Shown here: one piece after another, positions 23,921 to 36,714 of the stretch
Numbering within the stretch: the stretch's first letter is position 1
Layout of the letters: every line of letters starts with the position of its first letter
Assembly (NCBI RefSeq): GCF_006345805.1
Contig: NC_043002.1
Coordinates: 118,420,001 to 118,484,000 of the forward strand
Direction of reading: 5' to 3'
DNA from: Octopus sinensis
Taxonomy: Eukaryota
DNA length: 64,000 nt
Translations under genes and position numbers: made by a program
The notes under the pieces: generated by a model
What the model was told of the DNA's origin: nothing
Databases searched by the model: none
The model's input: only the letters and a program-made list of their open reading frames with translations

Positions 23921-26900
23921 TCAGTTAAATGCTCTCAATATCAACTCTTTGTTAGGGTTACCAGTAAATAGCCAACTGAATTATATTCTCTAATAAAGAA
24001 CGAAAAGTTGTTCATTGATTTAGAGCTGGACACCTAATATTCAACCCTCTATCCAAAACTAGGCTTGATTGCCAACCAAGCCCATCTTTCCTGCTTCTGT
24101 TACAAGCACAATTAGATCTATGCCCCAAGGATACCTTGCTCACAATTGCTGTAGCCATACTACATTGCACAATATACAAGCGAACAAACAAGTATCTAGA
24201 GGTTAATCAACCTGTTAAAAAGAGTAACCTAATCTCCCACAAATAACACTCAACCACTTTGAAAAACAAAAGAAACATTGACCTGTGAACTCATATCTAT
24301 AATGCAAAGACAGGATGGTTCTGGTTGGAACAGAATTGATAATGGATTTGCTTGGTCAGGGCTGACTTTAGGCTAAACAATGATTGTAAGGGGGGTGGGA
24401 GCATCTTAATATTGTCAAATAGGTTGTAGCAGTAATAGATCAATGGATCAGATACCAACTACAAGTTCATCCGTCTGCTGCAGTAAAAATGAAAGAAGCT
24501 ACACAACAATAGAAGCAAAGCTTAGTACCAGCAAAGTCAGAGTAATGTACCTTGTCAACAGCACACTGCTAATAGTTACTAAAGAAAACAAATTATTCAT
24601 GTAACACTTTTAATGTTACATTTTTTTCATAGGATCTACGAGAATATTTTTGCAAATATGTGCGCCAGCGTGTGTGTGCAGGCAAAGGATGTGATGTTGT
24701 GAAGTTTACTACACAACCACACAGGTCTGGGTTCAGTTCCACTGCACGGCACCTTAGGCAAGTGTCTACTATAACCTCAGGTCAAAGTCTTGTAGGTGGA
24801 TTTGGTGAGATGGAAACAAAGAATCCCGCCGTGCACATACACACACACCACCCCTCACCGTTTGTTCTCACTGTCCTGTTCTTGTTACCACTTTCACCCT
24901 CCGCCAAAAAATCCCAAATTTTATTTAACTTGCTTTGCGGGAAGGACTGTGTCAACGAAGTCGCGTATTATCTTTACCTTCGAAACGTGGAGTAAATGAA
25001 ACAGGGACAACTGAAGAAGGGGAATATTCTTTATGTTGCATGTCTCGTTTCTCTGTTTTTTTTCGTTATTCGAAAAAAAGTTCGCTTTCTATGCTTTCAT
25101 TTTTATGTCTTCGTTTCTCATTGTGTTGAACGTTTTTTTGATGTCCTGTACCCATAAATGCATGTATACATACATATATATGTGGGTATGTGCATATATG
25201 TATGTATGTATGTATGTATGCATGTATGTATGTATGCATATATATATATGAGAGAGAGTGTGTGAGCGCGCGCATGCATGAGTGCGTGGATTTGTTTCTT
25301 TGTCCTGCTAATTGTAAACAAACTTTACAGACATATAAGTGGTGTCCATTTGCAATCTTTTGTGAAAACAGCCATAGTGCTATTCGTGTTTCAAGCACGT
25401 CAGGAAATATTGTCTTCCTAAGAAACAGGCGAGAGTTGGCGACAGGAAAAACCAAGATGCGAAAAGTGGACGTTAAAACGATAATAGTGATGTATAATTC
25501 CATGGAGAATAAGACGATCCACCCATTTGCAGGGATTGTAGTTTAACCCCAAGTTTCCCCTGATCGAGCAGATTTCAATACAATGGCATTCCAATCATGA
25601 CCAACCTGTCTTTGTATTTAGTCTGACGATCGAGCAGAACCTAATTCCAAGAGGATGGAGCTCTCGATACTGGAAATTATAAGAGAAGTTCCTAAATGAC
25701 ACATTTCATGAAAAAGGGTTGGCTACTCTGGTCCAGGGCTGCAAGAAACTCAAATCCACCTATTCTGGATTTTTTGGAGAAGCGCAATTAAAGGATATGT
25801 TTACAAGCGACAGCATCAAAACACCAATGAGGTGGAAAAAATTGCCAAAATCTTTCAAACCACTCTTTTAATTTTGATTATTGATAATAGGGCTCATCTA
25901 CTTTCTCTATACCAAAAAGCTGGCAGAAGGCATTTCTCACATTAATGCCTAATATAACATTAACATTGTTAATCAATGGTGAGACCTTTATTTCATGTCA
26001 GTCCCATTATAATGTCACAAAAATGACATTAAACGTTTACATATGGACATGTAATATATTATACACATATGGAATTAACAGGAATAAATTACAATCATCT
26101 TAATATAGGATTTTGAATTCTTTCTATATAAGGCATCTACTTTCATTCATGAAAATCGTTTTTAATGTTTGTAACTAAAATATATTAAATAACTTACAAG
26201 AAATATTGAAAAATTTGCATCAAAATAAATCGTTGTATTTACTCAATCTTCCGTGTTATCCGAAAATTATCCCAAGGAGCAAAACATTCTAATTTGGTTT
26301 GATTTTAATAATTTAGTTTAAAATAGCAGATTGTTGAAAACCTCAATTAATACAATTAAAAAGAAAATGATAAGAAATAAATGAAAAGTATTTCTAGTTA
26401 ATGACCCTCACCTACTTCAGGTTAAAAACCCAGCTCCCCAAATGGATTGGAGCCTTTAAATGACTAAACTGGATGTTACCAATCGAAAGATGTGTTGGGG
26501 ACACAGGTGCGTCTTTTTTTTCTAGCAAAATGTGGTCGTATTTAAATTGAGCTTAATTGGGCTTAATTGGGAAACATAGCAGGGTGTCACGTATGAATGG
26601 GGAAAGTGCGATTAACTGGGATCATCCATATCATTACAGTTCGATCATTTATATTAAACAGAAGCATTTGATACTGAAAAGTAAAATAATTCTGATGGAG
26701 ATTTCTTGTAATAAATAAACAGAAATAAATGAAACATTATTTTTACGAACCTCAGCTCATTTGAATGTTTATGACACTTGCACAAGTTATTTCCCTTGAT
26801 TGTAACCGGAAGTTGGTTTGTTGTAAAACTCTTCAACACATCTTCTCTTCCTTTCTTTCCTCTCCCTCTCCCTCCCTCTCTCTCTCTCTCCCTCTCTTCA

Positions 26901-28074
26901 CATACTCCCGCTCACTCACTCTCTATTTTTCTTTGTCTCATTTTTCTCCACAGGCATAAAGCGCACTCTTCTTTTCTCTCTGCCTGTCTCCCTTTCTCTC
27001 TTAAATATTTCTTTTGGTTGCCTCTTTTCCGTATGCGTGTGTATAAAATTGTAGAATTATTTCGTTTGTTAATTGTTTAAATTATTTTCCATTGCTTTCG
27101 TTTTAGCCTTCCGTTTTTTTTTTACACGCGTAACAATTAAATTAATTTTAACAATTAAGAAAAAAAAATTAGGGTTAGGGTGAGGTTTAGGGTTAGTGAC
27201 AGGATGTTGTCTCAGTTTTAGACGCAGCAGATGATTTTAGCTCAATTAGAGGCGATTCATTGGTTAAAATTCGAAAAATTAAACTACGAATTAAACAAAC
27301 GAATTACAATTTTATCAAGAAAGCCAAGAGAAAAAAATGTTTTATTTTGACACATTCTACCAGTATACGAAGTTTAAAAGTGCTTAGTTAACTAGAAATT
27401 GTGTTGACATGTGCCGTTCAAAAGGAAAAGATCCTAATAAAATGTCTATATATTGTGAATAAGATTAATAAAGATATAAACTTGTTGCTAGTATTTACAA
27501 GGGCCTCCGAGACTGATGGAAGGAAGAGAAGGAGGTATTCTTAAACTGGAAACCGGGTCTGATTACTGAAAAGAGAGTGGCTCCTCTAAAAGCACTAAGG
27601 AGCCAAGTTGTGTTAAACTGGGAGACGGAGATCTACTGTCCGAGCAGACCATCGTGGGATTTAGACTTCGAACACAAGGACCTGCAACAAATAAAATACG
27701 GCATACCGTCTGACGCTCTAATATATCTGACGACCCACTGCCTTAGACTATTACTTTATATATGGATCCCAGAAGGATGAAGGGCAAAGTGGCGCTCACT
27801 GAAATTTGCATTCAGGATGCAGAAATATACAACTCAAAGGATTTCATCGGCCAATTTGGCATACGCATATGAAGGTTTTCTTTCAGCTTCTGTCTAACAA
27901 GGCTTTGGTCGACTCTGGACTTTAGTTAAAGACACTTGTCCAAGGTGCCATGCTGTGGGATTGAACCTGGAACCATGTAGTTACGAAGCAAACTTCTTCC
28001 TGCTCAGGTTCGTCTGTGCATTGAACATCTAACTTTATCTATTATATTTTTCAATGTTTAGAATATTTTAGCAT

Positions 28075-28760
28075 CATCATCATCATCATCATCGTTTAAC
28101 GTCCGTTTTCCGCGCTAGCACGGGTTGGACGGTTTTGACCGGGGTCTGGGGAGCTAGGGACTGCCCCAGGCTCCAGTCTAGTCTGGCAGTGTTTCTACAG
28201 CTGGATGCCCTTCCTAACGCCAACCACTCCGCGAGTGTAGTGGGTGTTTTTTACGTGCCACCAGCACAGGTGCCAGAGGGGTCTGGCATCGGCCACGTTC
28301 GGATGGTGCTTTTTATGTGGGGGGGGGGGGTGCAGAAATATATAGGGGAGCACCAGTGGGGAGGGGTGGTTCAGAGAAAGGATGACAGGTTCTAGGCAAG
28401 TAGAATGTAGGATATCAAGAGAGGGGTAATGCATGGTGAAATAGCGTGTTGAAGAGGGCGGTTCGAAGAGTAGACACCTATAATGGTGGTGGGAGAAGCG
28501 ACATCCGGTATAGATGGAGCAAAAATATAGAGATATCAGGTATTGGTGGTGGGGGTGGGTATTGGTGGTGGGGGTGGGCAAGGGCAGGTGCACCGGGAAT
28601 ATGCGAAGGTTGAACTGACGGGCTGGCTTAAAAATGCTCTTAGCAATGGAAGGGGGAAAAGGAAGAGGGGGGATGGCAGACAACGTAAAAGAGGGAGAGA
28701 GAGAAGGGAATAGTGGAACCCCGCGAAAAATGGGCCGCCATTGAAAAAAACCCCTGTATG
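28075..28760 (-). mobile_element. Internally deleted RTE derivative (putative 5'UTR joined to 3' tail)
   Basis: (CAT)n tail and 3'UTR at 28075-28320; 28480-28560 resembles 57150-57245, upstream of the long RTE ORF. Confidence 0.5.
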
Positions 28761-28794
28761 GAGAAATAATATGCAATACGAGGCGAAGCTGAAA

Positions 28795-28831
<37 letters not shown>

Positions 28832-29081
28832 GCAAACTTTCGACCGAGGATCAAAGGGACAATACTAATACTAATAATAGTAATAATAATAATAAATAAT
28901 AAACAGCTCAACCACAACATTAGATTAGAAAGACTCTTATCTTGCAATTTTATAAGAATGTCTACATAGTTTAAAACAAGTTTTAAATTATTAACCATCT
29001 TACTAACAATAACTCTGAGCACCTTTCCAAACTCAATCTGTCTAACACCCGTGGACATGTTTACAAAGTCAGATTTGAAAT

Positions 29082-29378
29082 CGACCAAAGCCTTGTGAGT
29101 GGATTTGGTAGACGGGAACTGAAAGAAGTCTGTTGTATATATGTATATATATATATATGGGTGTGTATATGTTTGTGTGTCTGTGTTTGTCCTCCCAACA
29201 TCGCTTGACAACCGATGCTGGTGTGTTTACGTCCCCGTAACTTAGCGGTTCAGCAAAAGCGACTGATAGAATAAGTACTAGGCTTACGAAGAATAAGTCC
29301 TGGGGTCGATTTCCTCGACTAAAGGCGGTGCTTCAGCATGGCCACAGTCAAATGACTGAACCGGTAAAAGAGTAAAAG
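29082..29378 (+). mobile_element. SINE family A, 5'-truncated, young
   Basis: Close match to 38527-38839. Confidence 0.8.
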
Positions 29379-29485
29379 TGATACATTTTAGAGTCAATAT
29401 GACATTGGCTTAGAAGTAGAGTTTTCAAGTCAAAATGTAAATGAATCAATAAAATTAATATTTCAAGAACACCAAAGAATCTTAC

Positions 29486-29564
29486 CATGCTACCCATATT
29501 GTAATGCCATTGAACCGCTCTGATTATCTCATCTCTAACATTTGCTCCCTTCTGTGCCATACTC
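29486..29564 (-). CDS. Candidate exon 3 of unidentified minus-strand gene (SMAQKGANVRDEIIRAVQWHYNMGSM)
   Basis: Acceptor cattacacag, donor gtaaga; only one frame is open, and it matches the phase of the preceding candidates. Confidence 0.45.
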
Positions 29565-30039
29565 CTGTGTAATGAAGGATGGTACTAGACCTGCTTGCAT
29601 TCACTCCCCTTCCTTCCACTATCCTGTCCTCAATATACTTGGCAATCAATCTTTCTGTACAAAGTATCAACATCACTTCTCTTCTTTTTCACCCCCACCC
29701 CAATCATTTTGCTTTTACTACCACACTCTTGTTCCTTTTACCCGTTCACTCTGGTTTTCTTTTATCCCTCTATTTGCTATTCATCCTCTTGGTTACATTG
29801 CATTAAGCAAACAAGTACAGCATAAAGTAGTGTGAACTCTTCAGTCTTCCAGGGTAAAAGGCAACCTCACTAGAACTGGTGCTATGATAAAATGAACCTG
29901 CTACATTTTGTAAAGTAAGTCATAATCAAGCAGAGGCAGTATAGACTCAAAAGAACCTTTTAGTTTGTGAAGGACATGATAACCTTTCTTGTGCTGATGC
30001 CATGGTAAAATGCACCAAATATGATTTGAATAATGGGTG

Positions 30040-30405
30040 GAATGTTCCGTGCATGATCGAAACCAGTGTTGCCTTACTGGCACTTGTGCCGGTGGCACGT
30101 GAAAAAACATTTGAGCAAGGTCATTGCCAGTGCCTCTGGACTGGTTCCTGTGCAGGGAGCACATAAAAAACACCATTTGAGCTTGGCCATTGCCAGTACC
30201 ACCTGACTGGCCCTTGTGCTGGTGGCACATAAAAGCACCCACTACACTCTTGGAGTGGTTGGTGTTAGGAAGGGCATTTAGCTGTAGAAACCTTGCCAGA
30301 TCAAGATTGGAGCCTGGTGCAGCCATCTGGTTCACCAGTCCTCAGTCAAAACGTCCAACCCATGCTAGCATGGAAAGCAGACATTAAACAATGATGATGA
30401 TGATT
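30040..30405 (+). mobile_element. RTE 3'UTR/tail fragment with several ~60-bp modules
   Basis: Repeated ggcacataaaa...gagc modules and aaacaatgatgatgat tail. Confidence 0.7.
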
Positions 30406-30712
30406 GTTATAAAGAAAGCCAGCCAACAATTCAAACAAAATCAAAAATGAAATATAGAAGTCATACATAGTCCTCTGACCCTTCTATGTGGGTAGTAACT
30501 CTGAATAAGAATTGAACCATTCAACTAATGTCAGCATAGAAAGCAGAAACAAAATGATGATGATAGTTATAATATGAGGAAAGTACTATAAAAATTTTAG
30601 ATGTGGGTATTAGATTGGGTATTTGACAAAGCAATTTGGAAGTTGACTGGCTGTCGTGTGTGTGCTGATAATAATGGTAGTGGCCTAAACTGAAATACAC
30701 CAATGAACTTAC

Positions 30713-30748
30713 ACTTGCATGACAAAAGACTCCATTTGCAAAGGATTC
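30713..30748 (-). CDS. Candidate 36-nt exon 2 of unidentified minus-strand gene (NPLQMESFVMQV)
   Basis: Acceptor ttgtttag, strong donor gtaagt, phase 2/2 compatible with both neighbours. Confidence 0.4.
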
Positions 30749-33700
30749 CTAAACAATTTTGCAGTTATGGAATAGCTTGTTTAGTTATTATTTATGTTTA
30801 TTTCAGTTTTCGTTTGTTATCACCAAATTTAGATGTGTAACACAAATTACCTCAGTATGCCAAACTTAGGTCACAGGAACACATTGTCGCATGCAATGGT
30901 GGAGAATATAGATCTCATGGGTCAATGAGGGAGCAGCACATGGTTGCTAAACCTATTTATAAGTAGCCAAATCTCCCTCAAAGTATACTCAACTGCCTGG
31001 GTAGAGGGAAGGACATCCAGGTGTATGTAGTCTTTGACATTCTTCTGAATGGCCAAGATGATCATTACTGAAATGCCTTTCATAATAGATCTCTTCAATC
31101 AAGGCTGACTTGGGGCTAAAGAACACCAACAAACATCAAATTTGTCCCAGAAATACCTCTGGGTATTAAGTTGAATCACAAACATGTTTGGTCACATGTC
31201 TCAATATATCTCAGTGAGGTAGAAGACATCATGACTGAGATACACACTTACTGAGGATGTCACAGAGTTACAGTAGCCTTGCTGTGTCAGCTAAGTCACA
31301 GCAACAAAAAAAAAAATGCCCTGTCACAGCTATACACAGATTTACTGTGACACAGCTCTGTCACAAAGTTGAAGCAATGAATTGCTAGATCATAGTATGT
31401 AGTAATAAGGGGTGACAGAACTATAAAGGGGAGAAAGGAGAAATGAGAAGTGCTAGAGAGTGGCAAGGAATGGGGGTGAAGGGGGAAAGAAAGAGAAAAA
31501 TGAAAGGAGAAAGAGCAGAGAGAAGTGAGAAATTTAGAAAGGATGGGAGAAAGAGAAGAAAAATGAGAGAAGTATGGGGAGGGAAGAGGGTGATTTCTTG
31601 TACAGACACTGGATCATAGTTTCATTGAAGAGAATGCAGTAGGATGTTATGGCATTCATGTATTTTCCAGAGGGAAAATTTATGATATAATGATTTATAT
31701 TTATCTTTCATTTTTTCTTTTATCTCTTACTTGTTTCAGTCATGAGACTGCACCACAGCTGGGACACCACCTAGAAAGGGTAGTCTGCAAGTTTGAGACT
31801 ACTTTGCCATATTCCATCACCACATGACTTAAGATTAAGCAGATTTATGTTGTTAGGCCTTAGGCATAAATTGGGTTTAAGTGAGCATATCTGAGTGAAA
31901 ATTACAATTTTAGATCTATTACCAAAAACAATTTTTTGTTGCTTAAGCATGTATAAAATATTCTTTGTTTCAAATAGCTTGATAATTAATCATTTTGTTA
32001 CATTTCTAGACATGCTAAAACAGGTAATTTGAAATTTTCTTGTACCTAAGCATTCCACAAGTTGAAGAGATTTAATATTTTCAGTAGTGGCTTATGAAGT
32101 ACAGTTGAAATATCAGGGAGATTATACAGTAATCTGAAACTGACATAGAATTAGAATATTTGCTGAAAACTGTTTGAAAAGTGAGAATATCTGAATTTTG
32201 GAAAAATTCATCTGAGCATTTGTGTTAGGACAGTCTTAGATTTCTCAATAGCTTTGGTGTTAGGACTTGCTTTTAGTTTAGTTTCAGGTCTACATAATGA
32301 CATGTTTAAAGGTGAAAATTTCTCAACATTTTTATGCAATTGTCTAGTATCTTCATTTAAAACCATTGGACACACCTAGAAATATATGAAATTATTCATA
32401 TTTGAAATTTTAGTTTAAAATGTTTTTCAGGGCTGTCTGTTTAATGCTCAATGCAAACATAGCAAAAACTCTTGTTAATGTTTCAACTGAAGATGTCATA
32501 GACACTAATTTCTAAACATCAGTTGTCACCCATAGCAAAATACAAAACTACTCTGAAATAGAATCAACCTCTAATCTAACATTTGGTCACAAACTAAACC
32601 TGTAACTAACCATAATGTGACCAAATGTTAGATTAAAGGTTGATTCTATTTCAGAGTAGTTTGCAACATTAACAAGAGTTTTTGCTTTAAAAAAAAGGGA
32701 GGATATCTAAAAATCCAAATGCATTAGGTTAAAGATAGTTTTAATTTTGAGATAAGTTTTGTATGGTGTTTAGTTTCAGCTTTATTGGGGTAAGTATTAA
32801 ATTACATTTATGTAGAATTAGGTTTAGGTTCAAGGTTAAGATCAGAATTAAAGTAAGTGAAGGTTTATGGTTTTTGTTGATCTTAAGGATATGGTAAAGT
32901 TTATGAGTAAGAGTAGGGTTGGGCTTAGTCTTGTCTTCAAATGTACTTTTAGGCTAAAATAATTTCTTTTAGAAATTGGAAATGTTAACTAAAACATATC
33001 TGAAAGGAAATCAAAATTTTAGATCTCGTTGAAACAATTGTGAATTGTTAAAGTGGGAATTTTCATAGTTTCAAAGCAGGTATGAAAATTTCTCTTATTT
33101 CAGATATCTTGAGAATTATTCCATTTCACTTGAAATGTGTTCACATCTACAGGAGATTGAAAAATCATCTTGTTTCAAATCTACAAAGGAAATTTGTTAG
33201 ATTCTACTTTAGAAAATATAGAATGTGTACAAATGGTAATCAACAATCAAAAGCTTTTGTTCAACTGCAGAAAATACAGAAAGTATACAAATTATTATTT
33301 TGGAATTTTGTCTTCCCTCAGTGTACTTTAAAATTTCCCTACCCTTTTAGATTACACAAACTTTAAAACTAAGCATCATCTTCAGCATAACAGTAAGTGT
33401 AGAGGAACTCTAATCCAATACTTAAAGCTAAATTTAAATCCATAAATGAAAACCAAATTCCATTTCAAACACAACTTAACTCTTTCACTCAAAACAACTC
33501 TTGCAACATCATCCTAGGTTAGCATTTGATTTCTGTGTAGTTTTATTTTGTGTTGGGGGTGCAAAGTTTCGTTTTTACATTTGATGGTTGTAGGCCATCG
33601 GAAATGTTATGAATCTTTTCATTGTTATCACTGATTGGAAATTAAATAACATGCAATAATTTCCAACTTATTTTTATAATCTCTTAGAATGTTTTTGTGT

Positions 33701-33858
33701 TCATTACATTATGGAAGCTTTAAAGATAAGGTGCAGACTATTGTTAGGTTCAATATATTTTAGCAATAACAACTAGGACTAAGTATTAGGTTTGGTATTG
33801 TCTTAAAGGTTTAAGGTGAGCCTTAGGAATATTATAAGTTTTGAGGGTAAGCATTATA

Positions 33859-35107
33859 TCATGTCATCCCATAAGTTCTATCTGATTTTCCCTTTTTTTA
33901 AATTGAATGAAATTTAAATGTATTTTACAATGTCAAATGGAATTTAAAAAATTATTTTTATGCATTTGTGTACATTTAAACTAATTAAATATTATTTTAC
34001 AGAATAACAGAATTAAAATTTCTTTGATTAAAACCCTTTCTAACATGGAAGTATCCAAAGAGCTATGTGTATAAAAAAGGAAACTCTGCAGCCAAAGTGA
34101 CTCAGAACATACACTCAGTTTATGGGAAAGAATGCTTGAATGAAAGAACTTGCAGAAGATGGTTTGCAAAATTCAGAAGTGGAGATTTCAGCCTTGAAGA
34201 TGAAGATCAAACAGGATGTTCAGTTGAGTTTGATGATAAGCTCCTTGAGACATTACTTGACGAAAATCCTACTTTATCAGTTGAAGAATTAGTAATAAAG
34301 CTTAGTTCAAACCATACATTTTCATTGTCATCTTCAACAACTTAAAAAATGGGTGCCTAATGAATTATCCAAAAGCAACTGCAAATCCCGAGTTGACATC
34401 TACTCTTCTCTCCATTCTTGTGAACTCATTTCACTCTTTTTGGATAGACTTGTGACTGGTAATGAAAAATGGATCTTCTATCGAAATGTTAAACATCGTA
34501 AACAGTGGCTTGGCAAAAGGAAAAAAGCTCAACCACAACTGAGAAGAGAACTTCATGAGGAAAAGGTTCTTCTCTCTATCTGGTGGGATTGCAGAGGAAT
34601 AATTCACTTTGAATTGTTACCACCTAATGCAACAATCAATGTTCAAGTCTACTGTCAGCAATTAGAGCGTTTGAACCAAGCTTTGAAGAAAAAAAGACCC
34701 ATTTTAGTGAATAAAAAGGAGTGATGTTTCATCAGGACAATGCGCAGCCCCACACTGCAAAGATCGCATCACAGAAAATCGAAGAGTTTGGTTGGGAAAA
34801 AATTCTTCATCCACCTTATTCTCCCGACCTTGCTCCTTCAGACTACCATTTGTTTCGTAGTTTACAGAATCATTTGGGGGACATAACTTTCGCAAGCCTG
34901 TGGGAGGTTGAAACTGACATTTCAGAGTTCTTCGCTTTGAAACCAAAAGAGTTTTACATTGATGGGATTAAAAAGCTTGTAAATAGATGGAAGGAAGTCA
35001 TAGATAATCAGGGAAAGTACATTGATGATTAGATTTCAATTAAATATAATATTTGATCACTTGTTTTCTTCATCCAAAATTCAGACAGAACTTATGGGAT
35101 GACCTGA
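33859..35107 (+). mobile_element. Near full-length mariner (D,D34D) with disrupted transposase
   Basis: TIRs tcatgtcatcccataagttcta and tagaacttatgggatgacctga-like; motifs TGNEKW (first D changed to N), HQDNAQPH, YSPDLAPSDYHLF; frameshifts and a stop. Confidence 0.93.
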
Positions 35108-35449
35108 TGGTTAAGATTTATTATTTACAAATGATAATTTTCTGATTTAATGTACCTTTGTTTTTATGTTATTTTTGATGTTTGACTGTTTTGGTTGATG
35201 AGGATGAGACAAAATTTCAAAATATTTTAGTTTGAAACAGTAACAAGTGGTCAAATCTTTTGTGTTTCAAGTTCTATATATATCACTTTAAAAAAAGCAG
35301 TATCTAAAAATCAAAATGTGTTAGGTTTGAGGCTAGGTTTTGGATATTTCATTTCTTCTATCACATTGCTCTCTCTCTCTCTCTCTCTCTCCTCTCCTTT
35401 AGTTAGTTCTCTCCATGCCATAAGGCCACAGCACAGACTCTCCAACTAG

Positions 35450-36539
35450 CTGTTTTCTGGTAAGAAAGTAATTTTGTCTTTTTTTGTGTGAAATAAAAGT
35501 TTTTTTTTTCATACAAAGAATGAACTTTAATCAATTCTATATTTTCCATTTTGTTCGATGACCTTTTGCCGTCTTTCTGGCAACTTCATGATTCTGCACT
35601 CATAGAACTTCTGGTCCTTATCAGCCCAAAACTGAAGCACGTGTGATTTCAGGTCATCATCATTATTGAAATTTTTTTCATCACAACCCAACCAAGCACC
35701 AATAATTTTTCCCAAATTAGCAAAGATGTGAGTGGTCTTGCATTGTCATGGTGAAATTCGATTCCTTTACGATTTGCCAAATCCGGCTGTTTTCCTTTGA
35801 TTGCTTCCTCCAGTTTCATTAGTTGTTGACAGTAAACATCTGAACTGATCGTTTGGTTCTTTGAAATCAGCTCAAAATACATAACACCTTTGTAATCTCA
35901 CCGAATTAACCGCATGACCTTTGTTTGATGCAATTCAGCTTTCAATGTGCTTTGTGCTGGTTCATTACGCTTGGACCATGATTGTTTTCGATTAATGTTA
36001 TTTATGTGAAATCCAAATATTGAGCTTCTTAACGAGACATTTTAAGTGATTTTCAATTGTTGCATGTGATACATTTAACCTCTCTGCAATCTCTCGCACA
36101 GTTATATGACAATCAGATTCAATTATGGCTTTGATTCGGTCATCATCAATTTCAGTAGGTCTACCAGCATGTTGGTAATTTTTGAAGGAAAAATCTCTAG
36201 AACGGAATTTTTAAAACCATTTCTGACATGTGTGTTCTGTTAAGCAATCAACACCATAAACTTCACATATCTCTTTGTGAGCCTCAGCCGCTTTCTTGCC
36301 TTTACGGAATTAAAAAAGTAAAATATGGCGAAAATATTTGTTTTTGCACTCCATGTTAAAATTGACACTGAACTAACAGCTGTAAACAAAATTACATGCA
36401 ATTTGCTTCGAAAGAAAGCTAAAAGTAATGGCTATCAAATGTCAAAAGGAAAAAAAATATCACAACGTTGGCAAAAGTCATTAAAAAAAATCGTAACTCT
36501 ATTTGCTAAAAACGAAATTACTTTCTTGCCAAACCAATA
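35450..36539 (-). mobile_element. Second mariner (Mos1-like), partly deleted
   Basis: TIR ttggtttggcaagaaagtaatt at 36516-36537 with a degenerate partner near 35455; MECKNKYFRHILLFYFRKG... from about 36352; FHHDNARP motif. Confidence 0.85.
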
Positions 36540-36714
36540 CATCCTTGAAAATGTAGCTCAGCAAAATTTCATAAAAAATTAAGCATTTTTCATAAAGTCA
36601 TGAGGATGCAAAGTCAAAAGGGGCACAAAACTTTAAGCATACTAACTTTTGTTTTCAACTCAGTGTATTTGGGTTTAAAATGTAGAACGTTTCCATGAAG
36701 TATTTTCCTTTCAA

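Noticed and set aside
25700-25860. Possible Tc1-like transposase remnant
   Set aside because: Too degenerate to support without alignment.
28195-29211. 338-aa minus-strand ORF
   Set aside because: Runs through a SINE, (ATT)n and a pyrimidine-rich RTE-related segment; low complexity with no domain.
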